Source: Octopus vulgaris
Lineage: Eukaryota
NCBI GenBank assembly: GCA_951406725.2
Contig: OX597818.1
Span: 16,182,001-16,246,000, forward strand
Reading direction: 5' to 3'
DNA length: 64,000 nt
Shown here: positions 1 through 50,244 of the stretch, piece after piece
How the letters are laid out: each line of letters starts with the position of its first letter
Numbering within the stretch: the first letter of the stretch is position 1
The notes under the pieces: generated by a model
Database searches by the model: none
The model's input: the letters and a program-made list of their open reading frames with translations, nothing else
Told to the model about the DNA's origin: nothing
Program-made: the position numbers and the translations under genes

Positions 1-326
1 TCATATCTCTGAAAATTTAAATCTACACTATGGATTGATTCATCTTCTCTTCGAAACTAATAAGTTTTTAAAAATCTGTGATAAGACTGTGCATCATCAT
101 TAAAGAACTTTGGAAAACTGTTTACAACCTATATCTGCCTCTAATGGAACTATCTCCAATATCTCATGAGTATAACCTCACCCACTAAGATGTCTAGAGA
201 ACTCAAATGTATTTTAGCTGATGAGTACGGGACACTTTTATCTGCTGCAATTTTTGCAACTTGTAATAAAGCCTGTCTTTGTATGAAACAATTGTACTAA
301 AAACCAATCCATTCTTGTTGCTTCTT

Positions 327-329
<3 letters not shown>

Positions 330-406
<77 letters not shown>

Positions 407-434
407 TGTGTGTGTATGTGTGTGTGTGAGTGTG

Positions 435-470
<36 letters not shown>

Positions 471-530
471 TGTATGTATGTATGTATGTGCGTGTGTTTG
501 TGCGTGTATTTATGTGCATGTGTATGTATG
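330..530. repeat. Compound (TA)n/(TG)n/(TATG)n microsatellite, representative of dozens in the window
   Basis: Direct reading; these arrays generate the IYIY/YVCM/HTHT pseudo-ORFs. Confidence 0.95.
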
Positions 531-923
531 TATTATTGAGAACCTGAACTGTAATACCTCTTGATGTATTACCAATCCGTCCTTCAACATAGAATCTTTG
601 ATAAGGCGGTCCCTGTCACCAGTACTACTGAACTATCTTGGATTAAAAAAAAATATCTCATAGAACTCTCAGCCTTTGTCTCCAAATTATAAAAGGGAAA
701 GGCCAAAATTTATAAAGCCAAATTTCTATAAAACCAAATATCGACGTGGCAAGTAGACTATACATAGTCATGACTGACGACAAATTCACAGATAGATTCT
801 ACAATAATACGTTCTCTTCTAGATATCTAAGAAAAAAAAAGGAAAAAAAAATATTACAAAAACGCTTCCAACAATAACATTAAATGAAAACTTATTGAAA
901 GGTTTAAATCCTATAAGGGTGGA

Positions 924-1096
<173 letters not shown>

Positions 1097-2822
1097 GAGA
1101 ATGAAATGCATTTGAGCACCTGGTAAATGAATTGAGGTATATACAAACATTATGAGAACCAACTGTTTTAAAACCAGGTCATACCATTTTTACCTGGCTA
1201 ACAACATAAATTCTTGCATATGAATTAACATAAACTCGTTTTCTTTTCTCATCTTGTGCTGCTGTTCTTAGTATGTTCACTTCACCCCTTCTAGCATTGA
1301 TGTATCGATCACTTTTAAGTTGACTCTTGTTCTGGCTTTCCTACTCTTGAAGTTTTTACTTTTTCATTTCTTTGTCGTTGACTTTTAGAACACAAATTCT
1401 CATTCCCTTAATTTAACTGCTTATTCACCGCTAGTTCTCTCAACCGAGAATCATCACTGTCTATTGGAATACGGTGAAAACCTCTCTTATGGATTAAATA
1501 ACTTATCTACATGTATACATAATGTATACATAATTGCCCATTTTCATATATCCGTGTGCATACAGATAAATTTGTAAGTCTTCCTAGTAGATGTTGTATA
1601 ACAAAAATCTCTGTAGGTTATGCATTTCAAAGACAATAATTGTCTTTATAATTTTGTTCATTTCATTGACTTACAACCAGAGTATAATTCCTGGTCCAAA
1701 TTTTATCAACTCGATGTGTCGAAAGATAGCGTTGAAAAAGATAATATCTGAATTCACTGCTTCAAAGAATGGTAGAAAATTTTAGAAATCACGAAGTCCT
1801 GTGCTACTAACGCACTTCTGCTAAATTGGCATCCTCGTTTCTTTGGTTATAAGTTCTAACACTTGTATAATGACACAAATGTTAAGAGAAAATGCGTAGT
1901 ATAGTTAATTGATGTCAGGGTATAATTGGTATTTATTTTCAAAAACCATTACTCCTTGGAATTTGCAATTGTATATTCTACTGAAGCTCACTCAACATAT
2001 GTTTCTCCAACATATCTGTTTGTCACTCACACACTCATTAACCGCCATTCTTAATTATTACTTTCCAAAATATCACCCTTCAGAATTACCTTCTTACTCA
2101 CATTTTCCCTGCAGATGTAAACTTTCAGATGTTCACTAACCATCAGCTATGTCTGTCTTACCTGTCTCGGAGCTCCTGTGAAGGTCATGCTCGCCGATCC
2201 GAGATACAAGTTAAACCTTCAAAACTAAAAACCAGAGAACTGAAAGTCACATTCAGCTCCATAAAGTGACCCAACATAAGCAAATGACACTACAAGGCAC
2301 TTTGTCGGGTGCTTTGCGAAGACTGCCATTTACTACCCTTTTAATAATCCTTTCTGCTGGAGGCGCAAGGCGTCGAAGTTGTGGAGAGGGGACTAGTTGA
2401 TTGCATTGACCCCAGTGTTTCACTGGTACTTAATTTATTATTCCCGAACGGATGACAGGCAAAGTCGACCTCGGTGGAATTAGAACTCAGAACGTAGCGA
2501 CGAGCGAAATACTGCTAAGCAGTTCGTTCAGCGTGCTAACGATTCTGCCATATCATGCCCTCTTGGGCGCTGGGTATTGATTTAATGAATCTGCCGCTAA
2601 TTTTCAATGGAATTTCATGGTCTATGATTTCATGCTTGATATATTCTCTCTCCATGAGGGAGCCTTTAAATAATTTCTCTACTTTTAGGTATGGTTGTTG
2701 CTAAATGCATAACAGATAAAGAACGGTCTGAAATTTTGCATGAAATTTCCCTGTTGATGATCGTCTGTTTGAAGGAATTCTTTTCTGATAGGGTCTCTAA
2801 ACAATTTCCCTTGGTTTTTCAG

Positions 2823-39277
<36,455 letters not shown>

Positions 39278-39353
39278 CATAGAAAAACTTTAAAAAAAAT
39301 ACCAAAACATATTTCAATATTATTGACACGTGTCTGTCTGTCAATACACACAA

Positions 39354-39459
<106 letters not shown>

Positions 39460-39784
39460 ATCACAAATTGTTAAAAAGAATTGAGACAAACGGCACGAAA
39501 AGTGGAAGTTATTAGTTTATCGTTTCAGACGACTATTTGAAATGGACTATTCACGTTTTAAGACTATTCAGTTTTTTTTTTATTCAGGAAAAAGAATAAT
39601 GAGAAGCAGTAAAAGCGAAGAGGGAAGAGAATGAATGAATGTTTGAAAAAAAATTAATTGGAAGAAGGAACGCATGAGGAAAGCTCACATAAGTACATAC
39701 ATACAAACATACATAATCCTTTTAACTTAGATAATAATAATAACTACAACAACAACAACAATAGTAATAATAATAATAATAATG

Positions 39785-39838
<54 letters not shown>

Positions 39839-39995
39839 GTTTTAAATTTTGCCACAAAGGCAGCAATTTTGAGGAAAGAGAGAGTCGGTTACATTAACCT
39901 CAGTGTTAAACTGGTACTTATTTTATCGACCCCGAAAGGATGAAAGATAAAGTTGGCCGCGGCGGAATTTGAACTGAGAAGGTAAAGACAGACGA

Positions 39996-40031
<36 letters not shown>

Positions 40032-40609
40032 GATAATGGTTTCAAATTTTGGTACAAGGCCAGAAATTTCTGGCTTGGAGGTAAGTCGATTAAATTGATC
40101 CCAGTGCTCGACTGACTGGGACTACTTTTATCAACCCCGGAAAGATGAGAGGCAAAGTCGATGAAAAGTCGGGATGCTAGAAGTACAGATAGTTTGTATA
40201 AGAGCATTTTACTTTGACATACCGACTGAAAGTAATGGTTGTTATTATTTGTATGGGCGATGAAGAAACTTAACCTTGAGGAATTTGAGCTTAAAACGTA
40301 GAGAACTGGAACAAATAGCACAAAGTATTTTGTCCGGCACGAACTGATAGAAACATTAGAGTGTCAGATAAAATGCTTAGTAGTTTTTCTGAGTTCGAAT
40401 CCTACCAAGGTTAACATTACCTTTCATCTTTTCGGGATCGAAAAACTAAAGTACTAGTAAAGTACTGGGGCCAGTGTATTCGACTAACCCTAAAATTGCT
40501 GGCCTGGTGCCAAAACTTGAGACCAAAGGCATCGAGCTGGCAGAACCGTTACTGCGTCGGAAAATGCCTTGTATTTCTTCAGACTCGTTATGTTCTGGGC
40601 TCAAATACC

Positions 40610-41742
40610 GGATCTTTTCCCTTTCAACGGCAGATCGAGAAATTAATTTTTTGTAACTAAACACTTTCAAACTTCGGACACTGGTTGAATGTGTCATATA
40701 AAACATCTTTTACTCTTAGTGTTGTTGAGAAAAGTTTATATTTTCAAAGTTATTTCGTGTTAAAGTTGTTGTATTTCGGAAATTTCAACCAATCAATGAC
40801 GTGTATTCAGTTGAATAAAATTCCGCTGTTGTCTGTCAACAACTTCCGGCGGTGTATATTTCGTTTGTCACTGTTATGAATAAACGAGTGTATCTGAAGC
40901 ACATTTACTTCATGGCACCACCATAATCGTTCGTGCATTTCTACTGCATTTAGGTTATTTTCCTGCTTTTCAGCTACTATTTTCGGAAACACTTCCTCCC
41001 CCGCCCATTTTCTCGCAAGTTATTGTTTTTTTAAAATTATTTTTTGCCATAAGCCCAGCTTTTCGGAAACGGAGTTTCTGGAACATTGCAAAAAATTGGA
41101 ATTTTGAAAATTTTGACCCCCCTCCCCTCCCCCTCAAACTTCTTCATTTTTCATTTTTTACCTTAACTCTAATCCTAAAAGCCCAACCCTAACCCTAACC
41201 CTAAACCCCTAACCCTAAACCCCTAACCCTAACTCTAAAACCCTAACCTAAAATCCTAACCCTAACCCTAAAACCTTAACCCTAACCCTAACTCTAAAAC
41301 CCTAACCATAACACTCTAACCCTAACCCTAAGCGTAACCCTAACCCTAACTCTAAAACCCTAACCCTAACCCTAAAACCCTAACTCTAACCCTAAAACCC
41401 TAAAACCATATCCCTAACCCTAACCCTAAAACCCTAAAGCTAAAACCAGTACAAACGTACGAACGATGTCATAAATAACAGTGACAAACGAAATATACAC
41501 CGCCGATAGTTGTTGTTGACAGACAACTGCAGGAATTTATTCAGCTGAATACACGTCATTGATTGGTTGAAATTACCGAAATACGACAACTTTAACACGA
41601 AATAACTTTGAAAATATAAACTTTTCTCAACAACACTAAGAGTAAAATATATTTTATGACATTCTACCAGCGTCCGAATTTTTAAAGTGCTTAGTTACAA
41701 AAAAATTAATTTCTCGATCTGCTGTTGAAAGGGAAAAGATCC
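40610..41742. mobile_element. Non-autonomous foldback DNA transposon with ~268-bp TIRs, 8-bp TSD (CAAATACC) and an internal telomeric-type array; Merlin-like by end structure
   Basis: Arms 40610-40877 and 41475-41742 (GGATCTTTTCC...GGAAAAGATCC); TSD at 40602-40609 and 41743-41750; splits a SINE A copy at its B box. Confidence 0.9.
41161..41447. repeat. Interstitial telomeric-like (CCCTAA)n array with CCCTAAA(A)/CTCTAA variants
   Basis: Direct reading. Confidence 0.93.
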
Positions 41743-43919
41743 CAAATACCTCGCAGGTCACCTTTGTCTTTCATCCTTATGAAGTTCATAAAATATTTGT
41801 TACTCAAGCAACTCCCAAATTGCTAGACTTGTAACAAAATTTGAATCAATTATTAATAATCTCATTATATGGATGAGAGCTGCAGCTAGCCAAAATAATT
41901 GTATTGAAAAATTTTGCCAGTCGAGAAATCGTTGGTTCGTATTCTGTCAACACAGTGTTGTTGACAGAATACGAACTAGCCAAGATATCAATAGGTTAAA
42001 CATCTGACAAAAATATCTGCAGCATCTAATTGCAGCCCTTACATCCTGAGTTTAAATCTATCAAGATCAACTTTGCTTGTAATCTTGAGAGCAGATGATA
42101 TAATGTGCCACTCAAGTACAGTGTTCGTTTTGATATTCCTATAAAACATCCTAGATACAGAGGGAATTATAACAGACTTTGCGGGATAGTAGATACTACA
42201 AGTATATAATTCTCCACCACGAGCAGCTTCAACAATGCAACATTGATGAGTGTTTTGTCTTCTTGCAATATCAAGTCCAGTTCCTCCTTCGAGAACAGCT
42301 ATCTGTGAGAGACCAGCATAAAATCCTGTTTCATATTTATGCCATATCATCTAAATGTTTAAATGTTGAGAAAACTGGAGTTGCGAAAAAAAAAAAAAAA
42401 ATTTATAGGGATATTTGCGGATTCAAAAAGTACACTTTTTTTTCTAACGAAGCTAATTAAAGCCGTGATGCATCTGTGACTCACTTTCGATTTTCGGATA
42501 CTCGTATTGCTCTTTCACTTCAGTTACACTCCTGTTGTAATTGGAAAACATTTAAACACTCCCTTTTACTATTTGTATCCATTTTGCATGGGTTTGTATT
42601 AAACGACACAAACTATAGAAATTGTAAGAGTATAACATTAAAAGATAGACTCAATGTCATAAATATTTAATTCTGCCTCAAGAGGAAGACTGACTGAATC
42701 ATTTATGCATCACGGACGCCCTGGGTTCACATTCATTTTTTATAGGCACACGGCCGATGGAAACAAAAGCGAAGTTGATCTTGAAGAATTTGAGCTTAAA
42801 ACGTTGAGAGCTGGAACAAATACCGCAAACTATTTTGTCCGGCACGACCGGGCAGAAATGTTAGAGCATCGGACAAAATGCTCAGTGGACATTCTGAGTT
42901 CACATTCATTTTGTCATTTATTTCCTTTTATCCTTCCAGCGTCGATATTAAATACAACACTGGTCAAGTATGGTGATTGATTTAATATTTATATAAATCC
43001 CTTTAGATGTGAACGGAATTGTAAAAACAAGAGGTATGCGAAAGTGCTAATAGACATAAATGTCACGGTAAAATTCATTTGTTTCTCTTAGCAATGTCAG
43101 AAAGCAGATTGCCGAAACTAATGTAGCAACATTTTTAAAATACTTAAAATAAATAATTCTCTACTTACTTCCAATTTTTTTTTTATTAACTTCCCTCTGT
43201 CGCTATGCGTATGTGCCAACGTCATTTATACAACTACTATTAAAAAATGCATAAAATACTAATTTAGTGAAATCTCGTATTAAATTATTAATCAATTGAA
43301 TTTTTTTCTGCAGCTATTTTTGTCTGTTATTTAATGAAAGATTTCTTACTTAGACATTTAGAAGGAATAGATTAAGTTGATCCAATCAAGCCCAGTATTT
43401 TACTGCTACTTTATTATATATAGGCGCAGGTTCCGAGTTCTGGGTTCAGTCCCACTGCGTGGCACCTTGGGCAAGCGACCAAAGCCTTGTGAGTGGATTT
43501 GCCTAGAACATATTTGAAATAAAAATGGTCTATGCAAAGGTGTTTTCATAATAACTCAGTCATTTTTCATAAGTACGACATTAAAAAATAGAAAAGATCT
43601 TGCGAATGTGCATTCAATCGAATGTACGCGATTAATGGCCCGGTCATATTACTGGTTCTTGTGCTGTAACGTATTGAACCAACGCATTGGAAGCTTCATA
43701 TGACTCCACCTATCAGTCATACGCTGCCGTACATTGATCATTATAATCATTGACATACGTTGCGCCAATATCCGCCAAAAAATTCAAAACTTTAAAAAAA
43801 TTAGCTCGATAAATAATTTTGATGTGTTTAACGGGCAAATCTACCACTGTGCTATGTTTGAATTTTTCATGATTTTTTCAAGAAATGGTTTCTTGCTTTT
43901 AGAAAATCGTTATAAAAAC

Positions 43920-46291
43920 ATGAAAAGACCATTAACTAAGAGAGAAAGTGGAGCAGAAGGGTGAAAATGACGCAAGTTGGAGGCAGAAGAATCTAAGAAG
44001 TTGAGCAAAGTCTTCATGTCCCTCTTTGTAAATCATGCCGATAGTTCTTCAACACCTACCAAGAGGTCGCCTGGAGTTCAACCACGCATTTTATTGTCCA
44101 ATGCTGCTTCGTGTAACAGTCCACCTCAAAAAGACGCAGAAGACAATTGTCTTAAGTCTGACAACGGTGAAAGCAAACCTGAAATCAATACGGTCGAAAA
44201 CACTAACACTACACTTGAAGACGTGATCGAACAGCATGACATCGGGCTCCTTAATTTTGACACTAATGCCGGGAAGGCGATAGTTCCTGAATATTGGAGG
44301 ATAGAAATAGTTAAGCTCGGCTGGAAATATTTTCAGAACTGTAAAGGACCTTTCTTGCCAACAAATAACCGCTCAATGAATAAAAACTGGTTCAAAAGGA
44401 AATTGGGAAATGGTCGAGGTGAGGAAATTCTTCGCTCATGGCTACTCTATTTCCTTCAAAAGAAGTCTGCATTCTGTTTGTGTTGTCTACTTTTTTCTCG
44501 ATCAGATTATCAATCGTCATTAGAGCAGGAAAACGGATTTTACCAGAGGAAAGCGCCTGAACGAATGTTGGTTCATGAAAACGCTAAGAATCTTTGAGAT
44601 ACTCTGACACAGTGGAAAGAATTGGAAAGAAATCTAACCGATAACAATTATTTCATTGACGCTGCTCTCAAGTCACAAATCAACCATGAAAAGCAAAGAT
44701 GGCGTGATGTTTTGACGAGAATTCTACATTTCATTAGGTTTCTTGCAACTCAGAATTAAGCTTTGCGAGGTCATAGGGAATTACTTCAGTTGACTGAAGA
44801 CTCAAATGTCAGTAATTTTCTTGGTTTACTCAAGCTTTTGACCACTTTTAGATCCGGTCATGAAAGAGCATCTTTGCTATGTAGAGAGTCACCCTGGATC
44901 AACATCTTACCTTTCACCCGATGTTCAGAATGAATATATTTACCTCATGGCATCAGCCGTTCGTCAGAATCTGCTAAAGGGCATTCGCAGGGCCAAGTAT
45001 TATGGTCTCATGTTCGACACAACCCCTGATAGAGCACATCATGAACAGATTTCGCAGGTAGTAAGATATGTTGAAGTTGACTTCGAAAGAAAGTGCGTTC
45101 GCGTGAGAGAAAGCTTCCTCGGGTTCATTCAGGCGGGCGAAAAGGATGCGGAGAGTTTAGTTGATGTAATTTTGAAGCAGTTGGCAGATAACGAAATGGC
45201 ACTGGAAGATTGAAGGTTACAGTGCTATGATGATGCAGCTGTGATGGCTGGGCATAGAAGCGGGGTCCAGCAGAGCATCAACGAAAAGAACAAATTGGCC
45301 CTATTCATAAATTGTGACAACCATTCGTTAAACTTAGTCAGCCTATACGCAGCTAAACACGAGTTGGTGATGTCTGCATTTTTTGGCGCAGTCGAAACAC
45401 TCTACGTATTCTTTTTTTGTTCGACACACCGCTGGGAAAAACTGAAGGCCATAATGCCTGTGGATCTTAAGTAGCAATCTGAAACGAGATGGAGTGCTCG
45501 GATGAATGCAGTTAAAAACGTAAGAAACTACATCGATGAAATTCTACAAGTTATTGTAGAAGTTATTGTACAAGATATTGTCGGCGATGAAAACGAGATA
45601 ACTGAGACACGGAACGGCGCTAACTTGTTGTTTAACCGTATACTCCATTACGAATTATTCGCATTGCTTGGTTTATCGATGTCCAATTTCTGCGTAATGG
45701 CAGATTTACGGATCTCCGGAAATGTTGCAATACCTTTGGAAACGTCTACAGCAACGATATCGATGCAACCGAACTTTTCGAAGAAATTCTCCATTAAAGA
45801 ATACTTTTTTGCAGGTCGCGAACACCTCCAAATATCAAATCCCGAGGAGCTTCTCCAATTTATCGTCCAATATGGAAATGAAAGTGTGTTCCCTAACCTT
45901 CGCGTCGCGATACAGATTCTGCTGACAGTAGCTGTTTCCATTGGTGGTTGCGAGAGATCCTTCAGCAAGCTGAACCTGATCATGTCCTTCCTGCGAGCTT
46001 CTATGACACAAGGAAGACTCCGTGACTTCGTGTTGCTGAGCATCGAGCGAAAAGTGGAGAACACCAATTTCGATTGCATCATTGACAACTTCGCGTCGAA
46101 GAAAGCTAGAAGGGCTCTCCTTTAAACTAGTCAATGTCTACTTTCTGAATAAATAAATTTTATGAATATTTTCTGACTAAATAAACTGTTTCGTTTTCTC
46201 TTAAAAATAGGTTGGATGGGTTAGGTTTGGAAATTGGGGTGGGACGCTTTTGGCTTTGCCCTGGGCACCATTTACCCTTGCTGCGCCACTG
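43920..46291 (+). mobile_element. hAT (Tip100/ZMYM-type) transposon relic, transposase disrupted and internally deleted; right TIR only
   Basis: TTF-type Zn finger RSWLLY..KKSAFCLCCLLF; ALRGHRE; SPDVQNE; YGLMFDTTPDRAHHEQ; CDNHSLNL; TRWS; FPNL..ILLTVAVSIGGCERSFSKL; end reads CAGTGGCGCAGCAAGG on the minus strand from 46291. Confidence 0.9.
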
Positions 46292-46299
46292 ACCATAAC

Positions 46300-46808
46300 A
46301 TGCAGGGTTTCCCCGAGGTATTGGAAATTCCGACATACAACTCAACTGAATGTTGACTCTTCATTCATAGCTCGAAGAGGAGCGTAAAGTGTATCCTCCT
46401 CCACAATAGAAATTTATATGGTGCAGTCCCAAATGGGCCTTTAGTTTGTCTTCGTGAAGGATATAGAGACATAAAAAGAGCCATTGAGGTGTTGCAATAT
46501 CACAAACACAGCTGGATCATCTGTGTTGATCTTAAAATGATATGCTTCCTTATTGATCAGCAATTCAGATACACTAGATATCCTTACTTTCTATACATGT
46601 TCAACAGTAGAGCTCGAGTGATGTATTGGAAGGAGATGAATAGGCCTCCAAGATCATGAAACCTCGTGATACCAACATTCTATATGATCCACTTGTTGAC
46701 ATAAAGATAATCATATTCCCACCTCTGCACAGGAAAGTCATGGAGAAAAGGTACAAGGGTAGATGGGATGTAAATATGATGGCTGACGACTGGTGGAGCA
46801 TGAAGTAA
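46300..46808 (+). pseudogene. Chapaev-like (CMC) transposase fragments
   Basis: LFIHSSKRSVKCILLHN, WIICVDLKM, MEKRYKGRWDVNMMADDWWSMK match Chapaev3-type motifs, joined by deletions. Confidence 0.7.
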
Positions 46809-46819
46809 TATCGTCTTCA

Positions 46820-47925
46820 TCTTTATGGTTGAGAACGATATGTGGTCGTTTCGCCTCTATGACTTGGTCGCACTGCATGTTAAAATCTCAGAGTATTTTG
46901 TAATGTTCGATTTCCATTACTCCCTCTGGCTTGTGTTGATACCATTGATCGGCTCTCTCAAGGTTGGCTTTACCGCACAACAGCCAGTGGACAGATCTGG
47001 CCACATTGTCGTGTCTCCTTTTGTATTCGCGTTGTGCGAGCTTATAGCACTCACTAACAATATGGCTTATACTTTCTCCCTTCTCATAGCACATCCTACA
47101 CTATGGCGAATCAGTGTTTTTATCAATGTGATATTTGGAGTAGTTTGTTCTGAGTGCTTGTTCTTTAGTGCTGCATACTAATGCCTCAGTGGGCCCTTTT
47201 AAGTTTCCTTTCTGCAACCATTGCCAAGTTCTATTCTCATCACTCTCATCTTTATTCTTCAAGAACTGACTGTGCATTTTCTTATTCTGCCAAATTTTCT
47301 TCGTCTGTTCTCTCTGATCTTTCTTAAATTGTGTTGGATCTACGGCTTCGTTCACTTTTTAAGATTCCCTGCATTTTCACTGCTTCAATCATTTTTTCTT
47401 TACTCTCCTTGACATACCAAGCCAGGATATTCTCCTCTTCCCTTACACAACCTTCACAATACACCTATACCCGTTCTCCTTCTTTCCTCTTTACATACAA
47501 TCTTGATACATTACTCTTGGAGTGTAGTTCCTTGTTCATTGTCATTAATTTGCGTGTTCAATCTATCGCTTGTAATCCATGCTTCTTCCAAGATACTATT
47601 CCTGCACCATATCTCATCAAAGTAACCGCCCACATATTAATAGCTCTAATCTTATAGCGGCCATTTAGCTTCGATTAGAGGAGCAGCCGAGTTCTCCTTA
47701 AATATTCCTTCCTGTACATTTCTTTCATCTTATTTTATCTCTTTCAATGATACCCAGGTACTTATATCCTTCCTCTCCGATTTTCTTTATAGTTTCACCA
47801 CCTTCCAGCTTGATCCCATGGCTTTTACTGATTTCCTCCCTTTTGAGAATCATTACACTACATTTCTCGATCCCAGGTTCCATGCCAATATCTTTACTAG
47901 CCTCTGCACAGATGCCGTCAAATTC
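46820..47925 (-). mobile_element. R4/Dong-clade non-LTR retrotransposon fragment A
   Basis: IGMEPGIEKC, YKYLGI, QALRTNY, CCHC knuckle C..C.EKGESISHIVSEC.KLAQREYKRRHDNVA, KRPHI. Confidence 0.85.
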
Positions 47926-47941
47926 AAATTTTTTCTCAGTC

Positions 47942-47997
<56 letters not shown>

Positions 47998-49704
47998 TTA
48001 TGGTTTCCATCCATTGTGACTTTATTTCAGCTGCCTTAGTACCGGGCATCTTCCGGAGGCCAAGAATAGCAAAGGCATTTTTGTTTTGCTATGCGCGTTA
48101 AAATTTTCACCACATTTATTCCATTTTACATGGAGAGCGCTTTCCGTAGTATATGGGCTGTACCCATCAAGGTTATCTTTTGTTGTTCACAGAGATTGGA
48201 GTTACCAGGGAGTTGCTTAATATACTACTCAGCTCCCTTTATCATTCCCAACGCACCAATTACTCCTGATACTATCGTAGTACTGAGCTTCCACATTTTT
48301 GTGATTTCTATTTGCAGATCTTTATAGTGAGAAAGCTTTTCGTATTCCTTTCTTTAGAGATTTTGATCTCGTAGGACATACATATCTATTAACAGACAAG
48401 TTCATCTGTTGTAGTCCGTGATCACAATGTCTGGTCGATTGGAGTCAATTTTCCTGTCTGTTTGGACTGGTAAGTTCCAAAGTATAGTGACGCCCTCACC
48501 ATTAGCTACATCCTCTGGATGATGCCTGTACCGCTTATCATGGGATCTAATCTTGTAGTATTTACAAGCATTCTAGTGGATGTACTGCCCTAGTCTGTCA
48601 TGTCTTATGAGGTACTCCTTTTCAGTGAGTACTGGGCAACCAAAAACAACGAGAACAATTGTCTCTGTGAATTTTCCGCAAATTCTGCACGAGGGGTCAG
48701 CTCCATCTTTAAGACGTTTGCATGGTAGTTTCTGGTAGGTAATCTCTGATCTTGGGTTGCAATATCAAAACCTTCTGTTTTCCCTTGTAGCCATTGGTGT
48801 GTTAGATTCTGGTCAATATCTGGCTTGGACAGGCGGTTAGGGTATTTTTTATGCAGGAGTTTACCTTTCCAGTTGTCTTCGATATTATTCATGCAAGCTT
48901 TCTTTGCTTTTTGTTTGATACTTTTTGCATCAGTGATAGGTTTGTCACTATTCGGATCTCTTTAGTCTTTCTGAATGTTAATTTCTAAATCAGGAGAAGC
49001 AATGGTGGGTCTGTCAGTTTTGGGTGCCTTTGGTCATTCTTATTGTTAACTTGAAGGCCAAGAGACTTTTTTAATTTCTGACTAAGCTTTATGACTGAAG
49101 CTTGCTTGGAATCTTCATGCGTCAGTGCAATTCGTAAGAGCACATCACTTGTTGTATTAAGGCACGCTTCAAGGCCTATTGTTGTTGATTTGAAAGATTG
49201 TTCGAACTGTATCAGGCCCCTTCCACCTATTTTTCTTGAGAAATAAATTCTGTCTACATCTGATTTTCGATGGTGCATTCGGTACCTAGTAAAGATTTTA
49301 CGGATCTTTCTATCTATATTCTGCATGTTAGTGAGACTTTATTTTATGATACCGAAGCTATATGTGGTTACTGGTATGGCCAAAGAATTGAGCGCATTAA
49401 TTCTGTTAGCAGCATTAGATTCTGAATTTACGACTATTCTTATCCTTCAGTAGCATTCCTTGCGGATTTTCTCTTTCATTTTAGAGTGCTGGATACTATC
49501 ACCTTCATTGGTTCCCAGATATTTGTATATTTCGGATTGGTCTAGGTTTCGAATAGCTGTAGTAGTATCAAGTTCTATGTTTTCTGCCGTTATGAACTTC
49601 CCTGTCTTGAAAGTAGCCTTTGCACATTTATCAAGTCCGAATTCCATACCTATATCAGAGCTGACATCTTTGACGATATTCAGGAGCTCTTCTAATTCTT
49701 TGTC

Positions 49705-49705
<1 letters not shown>
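47998..49705 (-). mobile_element. R4/Dong-clade non-LTR retrotransposon B, 5'-truncated, bounded by (TAA)n arrays on both sides
   Basis: DIGMEFGLDKCA, YKYLG, RIYFSRKIGGRGL, ATQDQRLPTRNY, NRPDIVI (REL), VIGALG, TAHILRKAL; arrays at 47942-47997 and 49706-49800. Confidence 0.88.
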
Positions 49706-49800
<95 letters not shown>

Positions 49801-49802
<2 letters not shown>

Positions 49803-49970
49803 CGACAACCTGCACCTCATTCGCTACATCGTAGATATGGTAGTTAAGAAACCTGGCATGGGTGGGTCTCTGATGAATTTAGATCGGCCAAAAGCCTTTG
49901 ATAGGATTGACCATCGATATCTGGCGGCTGTTCTCACGGCAGCCGGTTTCGGTCCGGTTTTACACGATTG
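49801..49970 (+). mobile_element. L1/Tx1-type RT fragment
   Basis: HDNLHLIRYIVD..LMNLDRPKAFDRIDHRYLAAVLTAAGFGP. Confidence 0.75.
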
Positions 49971-50244
49971 GACAGAGACATCAGCACACCTCCCATATTC
50001 AACTTTTTCCCCCTCCTATACACCTTCATACCGCCCACATCAGTATCCCTACCACACACGCACCGTTATACATACACTCATACACATTGTTCAACTCATC
50101 ACTCATTTCACATACCATTAAACACATACCCACAGCACCTTTCGACTCTATACACACTAGCACCAATCACTTCTCAGCACCCACACCACACACCATTATC
50201 CACACATCCACACACATTCTTCAAAAACGTCACCACACATACCT

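Noticed and set aside
85-260. CTGATGAG hammerhead-like core in a repeat also found at ~15760-15930
   Set aside because: No stem II followed by GAAA could be built; more likely an unclassified retroelement fragment.
41161-41447. True telomere or chromosome-fusion scar
   Set aside because: Degenerate, single-orientation array enclosed by TIRs and a TSD.
43920-46125. Possible domesticated ZMYM/ZBED-like gene
   Set aside because: Multiple in-frame stops, frameshifts, an internal deletion and a retained TIR indicate a dead hAT copy.
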